Assembly: GCF_004010195.1 (NCBI RefSeq)
Contig: NC_057753.1
Coordinates: 940,330 to 1,004,329, forward strand
Length of the DNA stretch: 64,000 nt
Source of the DNA: Chiloscyllium plagiosum
Lineage: Eukaryota
Direction of reading: 5' to 3'
The notes under the pieces were generated by a model, which worked only from the letters and a program-made list of their open reading frames with translations, ran no database searches and was not told the DNA's origin. Shown here one piece after another: positions 51,880 through 63,530 of the stretch (position 1 is its first letter; the number at the start of each line of letters is the position of its first letter). Position numbers and translations under genes: made by a program.

Positions 51880-52200
51880 GCGCGCAGCCTTCTCCACCAG
51901 TCATCAGTCTACTCTACTCTGCAACTGAAGAACAGAGAGTAAACGGATTTCTGCAGCTGGTTTGTGTAATCAGCGGATATTATCCCGAAACAATTGCAGT
52001 GACCTGGCAGAAGAATGGAAATGCTATAAATTCTGGCTTCACAACCACGCCTCCAATGACAACAACGACCGCTGATTTTAGCTCTACAAGTTGGCTTAAA
52101 GTGCCCATGCAGGAATGGAGCAGTGGTTCTATATACAGTTGTCACGTTTCCCATTCTGAAACCAACAGTAACCTCAGAAAAGAAATTAGTTCAGCATCGG
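51880..52200 (+). CDS. IgNAR: IgNAR C1 exon (intact): (G)AQPSPPVISLLYSATEEQRVNGFLQLVCVISGYYPETIAVTWQKNG...EWSSGSIYSCHVSHSETNSNLRKEISSAS
   Basis: Acceptor tttcAG 51878-51879, donor GTAAGA 52201, 321 nt, no stop. Ig C1-set Cys/Trp/Cys present, recognisably IgNAR C1. Confidence 0.96.
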
Positions 52201-53069
52201 GTAAGAAAATTAAACAAACTCAAAAACTCACATTCGTAATCATAATCACTTCCATAATAAATATTATACCAGATGGAATATTATTATGTTGGTTTATTTC
52301 TGAAGGTGAAACAGTCTTGAAATAGTTGCAGTGAGTGATATCAAAGGCAGTTTGTTGTCCAGAGTAATGCTACAGCGAAAATGGTTGCAAATGACCCAGG
52401 TATCTAAAGCCACTCTTCAAAAAATAGTGGAGCATAACATCTGAAATTATTTCCCTCTGCTCGGTTTAAGTCTGTTGGAAATAAGCAAAGGCCTTGGAAG
52501 AAGACAGAGGAAATGAGACAGATATATAGACATTGTGAAGAAATTAACAGAATGGGAGATATTAATTATCAATATTCTCAAATGACAAATTTAGACAAAC
52601 TTTTTTTAGATATTCTCAGTATTGATAACTCTTTGGCCAATTTACCAAGTCAAGATAGTCCTACGCATTGGCTAATTTACCAAGTCAATCCAAAGCAGCA
52701 AAATCGCCTTGTCAATGCATACACTTAATCAGAAAGGAACAGCTGCAACAATCTGTATTTCCCCTGTTGACACTAGTGAAGATTTAGTGTTTTCTACTGC
52801 TATGTGCTACCACGCAATTGTAGAAAGAATGAATTGGTAGGCCGATATTCAGAGAAGCTAAGGGGAGAGACAGAGATGTCTGGTGAAACAGAGGCATAAA
52901 TTTGTTATTGGATGGGAATCGACAGAAACAACAAACATACAACTATATGTTTATTTGAAATATTTCTCATGTAGTTCGGCATTTGGACAGGAGTTTAAAT
53001 GACCTATCAGGGGTAAAGATCTCAATGGTCTTCTGTGCTTAAAATGCATCGACCCTTCTGATGTGGCAA

Positions 53070-53670
53070 ATTTTCTCTGTTTCTTCCTGTCTGCCTTGGT
53101 ATCTCACTCTTTTTTATTCCTGTCAGTTTCTTTCTGTCTTTATCCATCTATCAGTCTGTCTCTGCTTCATCTGATCGCTCTCGTTCTGGCACTTCACCTT
53201 TCTCTTCACTGACAAAATGTCTATGTCCGGTTTCCCTGCTTCTCAATTTCTCGGAATTATTTATATTTCTATCTTTCTATTTCTGCAGATCGTAATCACC
53301 ATTCGTGAATCAAACAACAAACACTGCTGCTCCTTTTCCTTCTTTTACTGTTTGCACCTGTCGGTATCTAAGCATCCATTTCTTGTCTTCGTTCCCTTAG
53401 TACTATCTGACCCTCTCCCTCCCTCTCTGACTATCTTCTTTGCTCTGTCATCTCAAGCTCTCATTCACTAGCTTTATGTGTCTATAATTCTACCTGACTG
53501 TCGCAGATTGCCTGTCTCTGCATCTGTCTCCCGGTCTTTCCATCTATCTTGCATTTCTGCTGATTGTTTCTCTGTTTATTTCCGTACTGCTCACTGCATG
53601 GACCCACATCAATCCCTTCATTACCCGAAAATTTTCTCTCGCAGTCCTTTTTGCTTGCTCTCTTTCTTAA
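53070..53670 (+). repeat. Pyrimidine-rich low-complexity tract upstream of psiC2
   Basis: T/C-biased with degenerate TCTG/TCTC repeats. Confidence 0.55.
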
Positions 53671-53766
53671 TTCTATTAGCTTACACACGTTATGATGCAA
53701 TGTAACCCGGTTACATTGCTGTTGGAACATGGGCCAGAAACTGTATCTCTGACTTCACAGCGACAG

Positions 53767-54059
53767 AGATTGCGGTATTACTAAGAGATCCATTGGTTGA
53801 AGAAACCTGGATCAATAAAAGTGCCACTCTGATTTGCGAAGTGCATTCTACAGTTTCCACTGCGGTGGTAATCTCTTGGATGGTGAATGAAAAGGTGCGG
53901 AATGAAGGCGTTCAAACTGAAACAGCAAATGAAAACTAATATCTGACCATCAGCCGCTTGACCAGCAGCGTGGAAGAGTGGCAGGGTGGGGTAGAGTACA
54001 CATGCTCCGCAAAGCATGATCAATCAGCGATTGCAGTATCAAAACAGGAATGGCAAGAG
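53767..54059 (+). pseudogene. Degenerate IgNAR C2 exon: EIAVLLRDPLVEETWINKSATLICEVHSTVSTAVVISWMVNEKVRNEGVQTETANEN*YLTISRLTSSVEEWQGGVEYTCSAKHDQS...
   Basis: Clear C2 homology with an in-frame TAA at 53937-53939 where NQYLTISR is expected. Small deletion just before it and apparent frameshift near the 3' end. Alternative in-frame acceptor gives start 53761; possible donors at 54060 or 54064. Confidence 0.92.
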
Positions 54060-54139
54060 GTTGGTAACAAAAAATATATATTTGTATATGTCACTTTATT
54101 AACGAGCAAAGATTAAAATTGTCTGTAATTCTATGACAG

Positions 54140-54368
54140 TCGAAGCAATAAAGCAACAAAATACACGTTTTCTGGGAGAAAGACGGAACTTCTGTCAGCG
54201 CAATCATCATCAGTTTCCCCACTGCTTTGGAGCAGGACCTGACCTTAAGTGCATGGAGCCTCCTCGTTTTACCTGTAGTGGACTGGAAGAGCGGAGATAA
54301 ACACACCTGTACTGCCTCGCATCCACCTTCACATTCCATTGTAAAAAGGATCATCAGGTGCCCGAAAG
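54140..54368 (+). pseudogene. Degenerate IgNAR C3 exon: (V)EAIK-[deletion/frameshift]-NKIHVFWEKDGTSVSAIIISFPTALEQDLTLSAWSLLVLPVVDWKSGDKHTCTASHPPSHSIVKRIIRCPK
   Basis: Acceptor gacAG 54138-54139. Only 229 nt versus 321 for sibling exons; the N-terminal strands with the first Cys and FYP motif are missing and the frame is shifted. The donor position reads G|ATAAGG (54369) instead of G|GTAAGG. Confidence 0.92.
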
Positions 54369-55777
54369 ATAAGGACAATGTTTAAGCAAACATTTTCAAC
54401 ATTAACGCTTTGTGCTAAATATCAACAGAATATGAAATCTTAACCAAACATTCCAAGGTTCCAGCAAGACTTCTTGGAATGAAACAGCTTTAACACACCG
54501 CACACTGGCAATAGGTAGACAGGAGAAGCAATAATATACAACAAATGCGTGGATTTAATCAGTGCGAAAACTGCTGGTGTAAAGAATGGAGGGGCCCTCT
54601 TGTGGAGCATTGGTAGTGTCTGTACCCTGGACCAAGAGGCCCGCGTTTACTTTCCCCAATTCCAGAGTTGTGTATTGAGCAATCTGAACAATTTGACGAG
54701 AAAAAATAGGTTAAGAAAACTTTTATATTAAGAAAAGAGCTTCATTGCACGATTAACACTTGAAGGCGTGTTAACTTTAGACAAAAATGAATGGTGGTCA
54801 GAGGAAGATTGTGGCGACATGATTTTTGTGTCTTGTGTGCATCAGTCACTACTTCATGCTTCTCCTTTTGGTCTAAAAAGAGTGGTTCCTGAAAGTCAAC
54901 TAAAAGGTAAATAGAAATGAAACCATTTCTCCCTAAGTGGAACTAATGCACATGAATTGATTTGTACATTTCAATGATTCTCTTCTTCAGTTTCTTCCCT
55001 TGGACGTCGCATGAACAGACAAATAATTATTTTATTCACGAGAATAAGTCATGCAAATTACTGAACCGGGTTTAGTTCTCGCTGCCTGCTGAGCTCCTGG
55101 ATCTCACCAGATTGTGGTGTGGGCGGTATAAAACCCGTTCATGACCTTAAAGAAATGAGAAGCAATACATCAAGTTTGCAACACTGATCTCTGGTACACT
55201 GGTCTGTGAGCAAGGGAATAGATTAACGGCTGCGACAAACCTCTGGTCATTCACTTACCAATAGCAAACTACTGGAAGGCCATGCGTTGATTTAACTCTG
55301 CAGATCATTCTTTGAATATTACACTGGAGGAGACTTATATGAGTAGCATACAGTCACTTTGCTTTGTCAGCCATCTGAGGAGTCTTGCTAAAATAAATTT
55401 ACTTGCACTCCTGCAAATGGCAACGGCGAATGTGAGTGTTATACATATGCTATCTAAATTTTCTCTTGCTAATTCATGAAGACTGATCAGTCAAGTTAGC
55501 TTTCATACCAATACCGTTTCTTTATCAATATGAAATTCAATGTTCCTCTCCACAGTAATGGATGATATCCATGTGAAACTGTGAGAGATTTCACTTCAGA
55601 ACTTTGATGCAATGGTGTCCCTGTTAAAATCATCTCAGTGGTACACGGGAAATTCTGAAATTGCTTACTTTAAAATGTCATTGATAAACCTCCGATTTCT
55701 GTTTCAAACGCGAGGGCATGATTAATTTCATTTTGATTAGTTTTATTCCTCGCAATTCCGTTGTCACCCGCCCCCCG

Positions 55778-57605
55778 AGAACATAGAACGCTACCAGGCA
55801 GTACAAGCCCTTCGGCCCTTGATGTTGCGCCGACCTGTGAAAATAATCTGATGCCCGTCTATCTTACACTGTTCCATTATTATCCATTTGCATGCCCATT
55901 TAAATGCCCTTTACGTCGCTGAGTCTACCACTGTTGCAGGCAGGCCGGTCCACACCCTTACTACTCTCGAAGTGAAAGAAACTACTCCTAATATCTGTCG
56001 TAAATCTATCATCTCTCAATGTAAAGCTGTGTCTCCTCGCGTTAGCCTTTTCCATCAGAGGAAAATGGTTCTCACTGTACACCCTACCTAATCCTTTCAT
56101 TATTTTACACATCTTTATTAAATCAACTTTCTTCACTCCACCGAAAACAACCTCAGTTCCCTCAGACCTTCCCGGTAAGACCGTCCTTCCATAACAGGCA
56201 ACATCCTAGTAATTCTCCAAGGAACCCTTTCCAAAGCTTCCATATTCTTCCAATAATGTGGTGAACAGAACTGTATGCAATACTCCAGGTGCGGCCTTAC
56301 CAGTGTCTCATCCAACAGAAGCATGGCCTCGTGGCTCCAAATCTCAACCCCCCCGACCAATAAACGCCAACATACCATAGGCCTTCTTAACAACCCTATC
56401 AACCTGGGTGGCAACTTTCAGGGATTGATGCACTAGGACACTGAGATCTCTCTCTCCATTTACACTGCCAAGAATTTTACCATTAGCCTAGTACTCTGCG
56501 TTCCTGTTACCTTTTCCAAAGTGAAGTCCTTCACCCCTTTCCACAATAAACTCCATTTGCCACTTCTCCGACCAGCTCTGCATCTTATCTAAGGTCCTCT
56601 GTCACCCACAGCATCCTTTGGCACTATCCACATCTCTGCTTCACTTAGTGTCGTCCGCAAATTTACTAACCCACCCTTCTCTGTCCACATCCAGATCATT
56701 TCTAAAAATGACAGACAGCAGTTCTCCCAGATCCTTGAGACCACTAGTAACTGAGCTCCAGAATGAACCTTTCCCATTAACCACTACCCACTGTCTTCTT
56801 TCAGCTAACCAATTTCTGATCCAAACTGCGAAATCAACTTCAATCCCGAATCTCTGTGTATTATGCAATAACCCACCGTGTGGAACATTATCAAACTCTT
56901 AACTGAAGTGCATATACCCCACACCAACCGCTTTACTTTCATCCATATATTTTTTCACCTTCTCAAAGAACTCAATAAGTTTAGTGAGGCACGACCGACC
57001 CTTCACAAAACGGTATTGACTCTACCTAATCAAATAATTCCTTTCCAGATATCTATAAATCCTATCTCATAACATTTTCCGTAACCTTGCCCACAATCGA
57101 CGTATGGCTCACTGGCTTTAAATTACCAGGGCTGTCCCGACTTCCCTTCATAAACGAGGGAGCAAACTTTGCTATCCTCCAGTCTTCTGGTGATACCCCT
57201 TACATAAGCCTTCTTCTTCCTCTTGACAAGAGCTTCAACTTCTTTATAAACCATAGCTCCCTCCCTCGACAACTACCTCACTGCCTGATAGGTATATACT
57301 TATCAAGAACCCGCAGTAGTTGTTTCTTGAATAATCTACACAATTCAAGTGTGTCCATCCCCTGTTGTTTCATTCCACATCCTATTCAGTCTAAATCTTG
57401 CCTGATCACTGCCTTTCCCCCAGTTTTACCTCTTTCCCCGCGGTATATACCTAGCCCTGTCCATTCTTATTATAAACATAACCGAATTATGTTCACTATC
57501 GCCGAGGGCTCATCTACCTCCAAATCTAACACCGAACCATGTTCATTACCCAGTACCAAATCCAATCTGGCATCTCCCCTTGTTGACCTGTCTACATACT
57601 GTGTC
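55778..57605 (-). mobile_element. CR1 LINE in the psiC3-C4 intron
   Basis: Minus-strand ORFs WIRNWLAERRQWVVVNG, GWVSKFADDTK, LVRPHLEYCIQF; tail GAGAACATAGAAC near 55778. Confidence 0.92.
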
Positions 57606-58952
57606 ACTTAATTTTATGACTGAAACGTTTTGACAAAGCAACTATCACCAAGACTCTGATGGAACAGATCTTGTAACGTAAAATATGACCGACGTATTTA
57701 GTGAAGATATAATTATATAATGCGACTGATCACAGGTTGCCAATCGACAAATTCATGTTAGTAGTCTGCTAGGTTTAATAGAGATTTAGTGACAGAGACT
57801 AACTCAGGACATCCAGAAGACACGGAAGTATTTAGACTTAAGAGTTTGGAATGCAAATCAATAGAAGAGTAGCATCTGCAATATTCTCCCGGGCAGATAA
57901 ACTGAGAGGCACTGGCAAAATTGAAGAACTGCACAAGCGTTACAGTGTGCATACAAAATAAAATTATGCCATGAGAACTGGACGGTAGACACGGAAAATC
58001 AGTCCTCCGAAGAGGTATTACAACTTTCAGAGATAACTGGTTCTTCGAATGTAGAAAAGGTACTAATTTTAAGCTAACAATACAATCAGAACACTTAGGA
58101 ACCTTGCTTTGATTTGTATTTTCCGGAATGCATAACGGAAATAAATGTTTTTGTATTAAGAGCGACCATTTTTCTTTAAGAAATCTAAAAGTAGGCTTTC
58201 TCCTGTTTTATGCATACGTTTAAGGTTATCACCTTTCTGAAAACTGTTAGGTTTGGCTGTTCCCAGTAGCAGAGTTGAGCTGTGAAAGATGCGTGCTCAC
58301 AATACTTTAGGTTTTCTCACTTCACACTCTTCAAAGAATAACTATTTGTTTTTTTTAAAAAAGTATTTTCAGAGCTCCATTGACTGGACCTGAATTATTA
58401 AGTAAATATCTTTCTTTTTTAAAATAAAAAGACTCTGCCGAGGAACTAGGACAGAAAAGTCACTTTAAATGACACAATCAATCAAAATGCAGGTTTATGC
58501 CAGCTGAATGTCTCCATTAGTTGATCGGATACAGTGCAAATAATTTTAACTTTTGAACATGGGATACTTACGATACGTTTTTGCTTGTTGGGTATTGGAT
58601 TCTTACAAATGCAGTCATTCAGCAGTAACTACCTTCTGGCATAAGTAACTGCAATAGGCGAAAGTGTGCAGCACTCGAACGGAGACAATTCAGCCTCAGT
58701 ATACGCAAAACAGATCAATTTCCAAATTGTGCAAGAATACATCATAAATATTAGTGAAGATGCATCCATAACATTCAGGGCGAATGCAACCTTCACGAAC
58801 AGGAGGGCACAGCATCTAATTAACTGAGCAGAATCTATCAGGGAAAACAGGTAACAGATCGCAGTAAATAACATTATTCCCCAACACTTGCAGTATTTTG
58901 GAATTGATTTCGATATTGCAGCCTTAAAACGTATATTCCCTTCCCTTTCCAG

Positions 58953-59273
58953 ATGATTGCCATCAGACAGACATTTCTGTTAATCTACTGAAACCTTCGT
59001 TTGAAGAGATTTGGACACAGAAAACAGCGACCATTGTTTGTGAAATCGTTTACAACAACTTTGGAAGCATCAACGTTTTCTGGCAAGTGAACGGGGCTGA
59101 GATAACTAAAGGAGTCGAAACAGAAAATCCTAATTGGAACGGAAGTAAATTCACAATTGTAAGCAAACTAAAAATCATGGCATCAGAGTGGGACAGCGGT
59201 GCCAAGTATGTTTGTCTGGTAGAAAACAGTGAATTATCAACTCCAGTGGAAGCCTCCATCAAGAAGACAATTG
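58953..59273 (+). CDS. IgNAR: IgNAR C4 exon (intact): (D)DCHQTDISVNLLKPSFEEIWTQKTATIVCEIVYNNFGSINVFWQVNG...EWDSGAKYVCLVENSELSTPVEASIKKTI
   Basis: Strong pyrimidine tract and AG 58951-58952, donor GTAAGT 59274, 321 nt, no stop. Retains the N-terminal extra Cys. Confidence 0.96.
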
Positions 59274-59532
59274 GTAAGTGGCGATAATACTGCAATAAGT
59301 ACAAATTAGAACCGACTTCCGAAATCTGACATGAAAAAGAAGTTTGTAGAAACTGAGCAGGACTGGCAGAATCTATGGAGAGAACAATAGGGTAAACCTT
59401 TCCAGTCCACTATGTCTCTTTCCAAAAATGGTAGTTTATGTTACTACGAGATAATCTTGACTTAAAAGTTAGTCCAATGTAAAAACATCCTGTCAAATCT
59501 TTAATGTGTTACATTAAATGGTCAGGAATCCG

Positions 59533-59822
59533 CAGTGGCAAGGTGGCTCACTGGTTTGCACTGCTGTCTCACAACGCCAAGACCCAGGTTGAATTCCAAC
59601 GCAGGCGCTGTCTGTGCGAAGTTTTCCCATCCTCCCAATGCCTGCGTGTCTTCCTTTGCATGCTCCAGTTTTCGTCCACAGTCCAAAGATGTGCAGGTTA
59701 GATGGACTGGCCATGGGAAATGTGTTTTCGTGAATGGGATTGGGGACGGGCCTTGGAGGGATGTTCTTTAAAGGTTGGGTATGGACTTTACGTGCCGAAT
59801 GGCCTGTTAACGCACTGTGATG
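59533..59822 (+). mobile_element. HE1-type SINE in the C4-C5 intron
   Basis: GGTGGCTCACTGGTTTGCACTGCTGTCTCACAACGCCAAGACCCAGGTTGAATTCC...GGCCTGTT. Confidence 0.88.
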
Positions 59823-60082
59823 CTTCCTTGCAAGTCCAAAAACCATGACTGCTGCTTTACTGCAAATGTTTGCATCCCATGAACAGTAGTCCTTGCAAAA
59901 TATATGATTGGCTCCCAGATTTAAACCATTAAAGCAAGTGACGTGAAATGCTGTAGCATTCAGAGACATGTACACAGTCTTACAGATAGGAACTATTTTA
60001 TTAACCATATGCACTACTAACAAAGTAATTGTGATGCAGACAAATGTCTGTCTCAGTTCAATAAATGTCACTCTCTTTGCAG

Positions 60083-60465
60083 ACAGCGAAATGCATCCAC
60101 CTCAGGTTTATCTCCTGCATCCATCGACGGACGAGATTGACACTGAGGATTCAGCGACCCTGATGTGTGTAGCCACCAGCTTTTACCCAGCTGAGATCTA
60201 CATTGGCTGGATGGCCAATGACACCCTTTTGGATACCGGGTACCGGACGCATGTAGATAGTGAGAAGGGGAATGGTTCCAACTTCATGACCAGCAGGTTG
60301 ACAGTCACGGCGGCGGAATGGAACAGTGACACCACTTACACCTGCTTAGTGGGACACCCATCCCTCAGCCGGGAGTTAATCAGGAGTACAAATAAATCTC
60401 ACGGTAAACCGACATCAGTTAATGTATCAGTCGTACTGAGTGACATTGTTAAATCCTGCACATAA
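60083..60465 (+). CDS. IgNAR: IgNAR C5 exon plus secretory tailpiece: (D)SEMHPPQVYLLHPSTDEIDTEDSATLMCVATSFYPAEIYIGWMAND...TYTCLVGHPSLSRELIRSTNKSH-GKPTSVNVSVVLSDIVKSCT*
   Basis: Acceptor tttgcAG 60081-60082; C5 proper is 60083-60403 (321 nt). Internal donor G|GTAAAC at 60404 for the membrane form. Tailpiece has NVS sequon and penultimate Cys; stop TAA 60463-60465. Confidence 0.97.
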
Positions 60466-60637
60466 TTGCAGTGATTGATTATTTATTTTTCTGTAGGTAT
60501 GTTCATGTTGTTATGGCGATAACTGTTTAAGCAAACAAATCTATCATTTTCAATTCATTGCACGCAACAATCACATTTCTGATCAGTGAACACTTTTGTA
60601 AAACAGTAAATGTCTACTATTACAAATTGTATCTCTA

Positions 60638-60792
60638 AGTAAAGTAAACTTTAGCTTAGAAGCTGAAATGCAATGAAAACTTTGTCTTGTGAGTGTAATC
60701 GTTCCGAAGATCGCTTGAAACGTTCCACCCCGCTTCTAAAGGAACGGGAAACCGTGTTAAAGTCTGTATGTGGCTCCTAAAATTGAAATAAA
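60638..60792 (+). terminator. Candidate poly(A) signals for the secreted form (tandem AGTAAA 60638-60648; AATAAA 60787-60792)
   Basis: Motifs 170-330 nt after the stop, each followed by T/GT-rich sequence. Which one is used cannot be determined. Confidence 0.45.
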
Positions 60793-62419
60793 TGCAGAAT
60801 GAAAATTTTTTGACTTACTTATTCTTGGTTGGCATGTATAGTCCTTTCAGAAAGATGATTTAGACCTTGATTGAAGTGTGTGTGACATTCGTTTTAAAAC
60901 GCCAACACTGAAACTTGTTTACACGTGCAGAACTTCACATGCACCCGGATTTCCTCTGAATAAGCCACACTTATCCGTGCCGTTTTTGGCAGCACTCCTC
61001 CATTATACATAGCCAATTGGGTATTGCGTTGTGCAAAGAAATGACGAAAATGGATATGATGCCAACTTGTTTAGTACACCAATCTGTCATCCAAATTACT
61101 CTTACCCTCATTTAACCAGTCCTGCCAAGTATTCAACTGTAGTGACCTGCAATCCTCGTCTCCAGTTTTTGTGATGCATCTCTGCAAGAATCTTTGCTTG
61201 AGCCCTCATCCAGAGCAGGCTACATGCTGTCCCTCACGGATATTATGTGAACTCTGATTCCACTTTGACACCGATATCATATAACTCTTTCTCACAATCT
61301 TTTATTATTTTCTTTTGTGTATGTCCAATGCCTACTCAGACATGAGCATACAATCAAATAATGCAGAGTCCACAATCATTGTCCTCCATCTGGCGACAAC
61401 CTAGGTTCGTCCTTCATCTGCATCAGTGATTTCTTTGGCCATTTCCTGTGATAACATTTGTTGTTTTTTTTTTACTTGACATACTGCGCAAATAGAATAT
61501 CCAAACCAATCACTCACCCCTACAGATGACTGTCATTTCTTCCGGTTTACCTGTTTTCATAAGATCATGTATTTCAACCTGACTGTTTACAATGTTCTTG
61601 TCTGCGATATATCTTCCACTCTCTGTAGTCTTAAATTGACACAAAACTCAATTATATACCAGACGAATTTGCAAAAGTTATGTGTTGAGCCTTTCTAGCA
61701 ATTTCTGCTTTTGTTTCTCATTTACAAGATCCACAGATTTTTTAAATTTATTTTTATTTAAAGTGTCATGCAGAACTTTTGCACACAATAAGGTGAAGGC
61801 AACGGAGCAATCTGAGGAATTAGTTGACAGGTTGGTGTCGAGTTTCTCCTGCACCTGCAATGCCTCTTCTCCCAAAGGTCCTCCATTTTAAATTGGGAGG
61901 AAAATGTCTTTCACAAAACGTTTGCAACATTCCGAATCTCCAAGGCACAAACTTCACATTGACTATTTTGATCTAAATTTTTGGTAAAATATATGTTCCG
62001 AATAGCTTACGAGGGAGGCGTGCAAAGGAGTGTTCTGAAATTTCTACATGACCATGAACGCCTACACCAGTGGTCAGGTGTGAGTTAGCACACCCAGGTA
62101 ACCTGTTTTGGTGAAAATATGCATCTGACCCACTGTTCGTAAATGTGATGAAATTTTGAACATTGAGCATTTGTCGCTGTTTTATGATGTGAGATACTTA
62201 TTCTCAGTAAATAGCATCTCCGACTGCGACACTCTGCTTTGCTCTCCGATGTGACATTTTTCCATGCTGTTGAGCATATCTGTGCGTGGATTGATCTGTT
62301 CAATGTGGTGTGATATCTGTTCGTGCTGCATTGGTAACTGGACGGCTGATCTTCAATTGTCTGTTCTGTGTATCCGTACATTAGGCTCTCACTGAGTGGG
62401 AATATATCTATAATATGGT

Positions 62420-63530
62420 ACATTTATATCAGTAAGGCTTTTCAAAATGTTCCTTACGGCAGGCTATTAAACAAAATACATGGCATGGGATTGAGGGTAA
62501 TTTAGCGGTTTTGATCTGGAATTGAAAAAAACAGAGAGTGGTGGTTGATGGGAAATATTCACTATTTACTAGTGGTGTTCGCAAGGATCTGTTTTAGGTC
62601 CACCGCTGTTTGTCATGTTTATAAATTACCTGGATGAGGACATAGAAGGATTGGTTCACAAATTTTCAGATAGACCAAGGTTGGTAGAGTTGTGGATAGT
62701 GAGGAATGATGTTGGAGTTTCCAGAGGGACATGGATAAGCTGCACAGCTGTATTGAGAGGTGGCAAATGGAGTTTAATGCAGCAAAGTGTGAGGTGATTC
62801 ACTTTGGAAAGAGTAACAGGAATATAGAGTACTAGGCTAATTGTAAGATTCTTGGTAGTGTAGAAAAGCTGAAAGCTCTTGGTGTGCATGTACATAGATC
62901 GTTGAAAGTTGCCACACAGTTTGATAGGTTTGATAAGAAGGCATACGGTGTATTAGCTTTTATTGGAAGAGGGACTGAGTTTCAGAACAATTAGGTCGTG
63001 CAGCAGCTGTGCAAAACTCTTGTGCAGCCACACTTGGATTGCGTACAGTTCTTTTCTTCGAATTATGAGAAGGATGTAGAAGCTTTGGAAAGGGTTCAGA
63101 GGAGATTTACAAGGATGTGTCCTGGTCTGGAGGGAAGGTCTTAATCGGAAAGGTTCAGGGATGGGATTTGAGGCTGTTTTTGTTGTAGAGAAGAAGTTTG
63201 AGAGGTGTCTTAATTGAGACATATAAAATAAAGAGGGTTACGTAGGGTGGACAATGAGATGGCGATGGCTAGCACTAGGAGACGTAGATTTAAATTGAGG
63301 AGTGCAATACAAAGAAAAGATATCAGAGGTAGTTACTTTACTCAGAGAGTAGTAGGGGCGCGGAACAAAATGTCTTCAACAGTAGTAAACTCTCCAAATT
63401 TAAGGGTATTTAAATGGTCATTGGATAGGCACTTCGAAGAGACTGGAACAGGATAGTTTAGATGGGCTCCAGATGGCTTTCATCAGGTCGGCTGAAGGGC
63501 CTGTGATACACTGTAATGTTCTATGTTCTC
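62420..63530 (+). mobile_element. CR1 LINE 3' fragment
   Basis: FINYLDEDIEGLVHKFSD; YFTQRVVGA; tail GTAATGTTCTATGTTCT. Confidence 0.9.

Larger units (their letters stand above)
39779..60465 (+). other. IgNAR: IgNAR (immunoglobulin new antigen receptor) heavy-chain gene cluster: L-V-D-(D)J-C1-psiC2-psiC3-C4-C5/secretory tail
   Basis: Ordered set of exons and RSSs listed below, all on + strand, with phase-1 splice junctions. Translations match the shark IgNAR V and C1-C5 domains as I recall them. Confidence 0.96.

Noticed and set aside
58033-58059. Possible 27-nt Cys-containing hinge mini-exon (DNWFFECRK) before C4
   Set aside because: Needs a GAG acceptor and a weak GTACTA donor; the better CAG acceptor gives a 29-nt frame-breaking exon. 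No support without RNA data.
59514-60071. 185-aa minus-strand ORF
   Set aside because: Antisense read-through of an HE1 SINE and intron; no recognisable domain.
39779-60465. Calling the whole IgNAR cluster a pseudogene
   Set aside because: Lesions are confined to C2 and C3; promoter, leader, V, RSSs, J, C1, C4, C5 and tailpiece are intact and splice in frame. It remains the main alternative until expression is shown.
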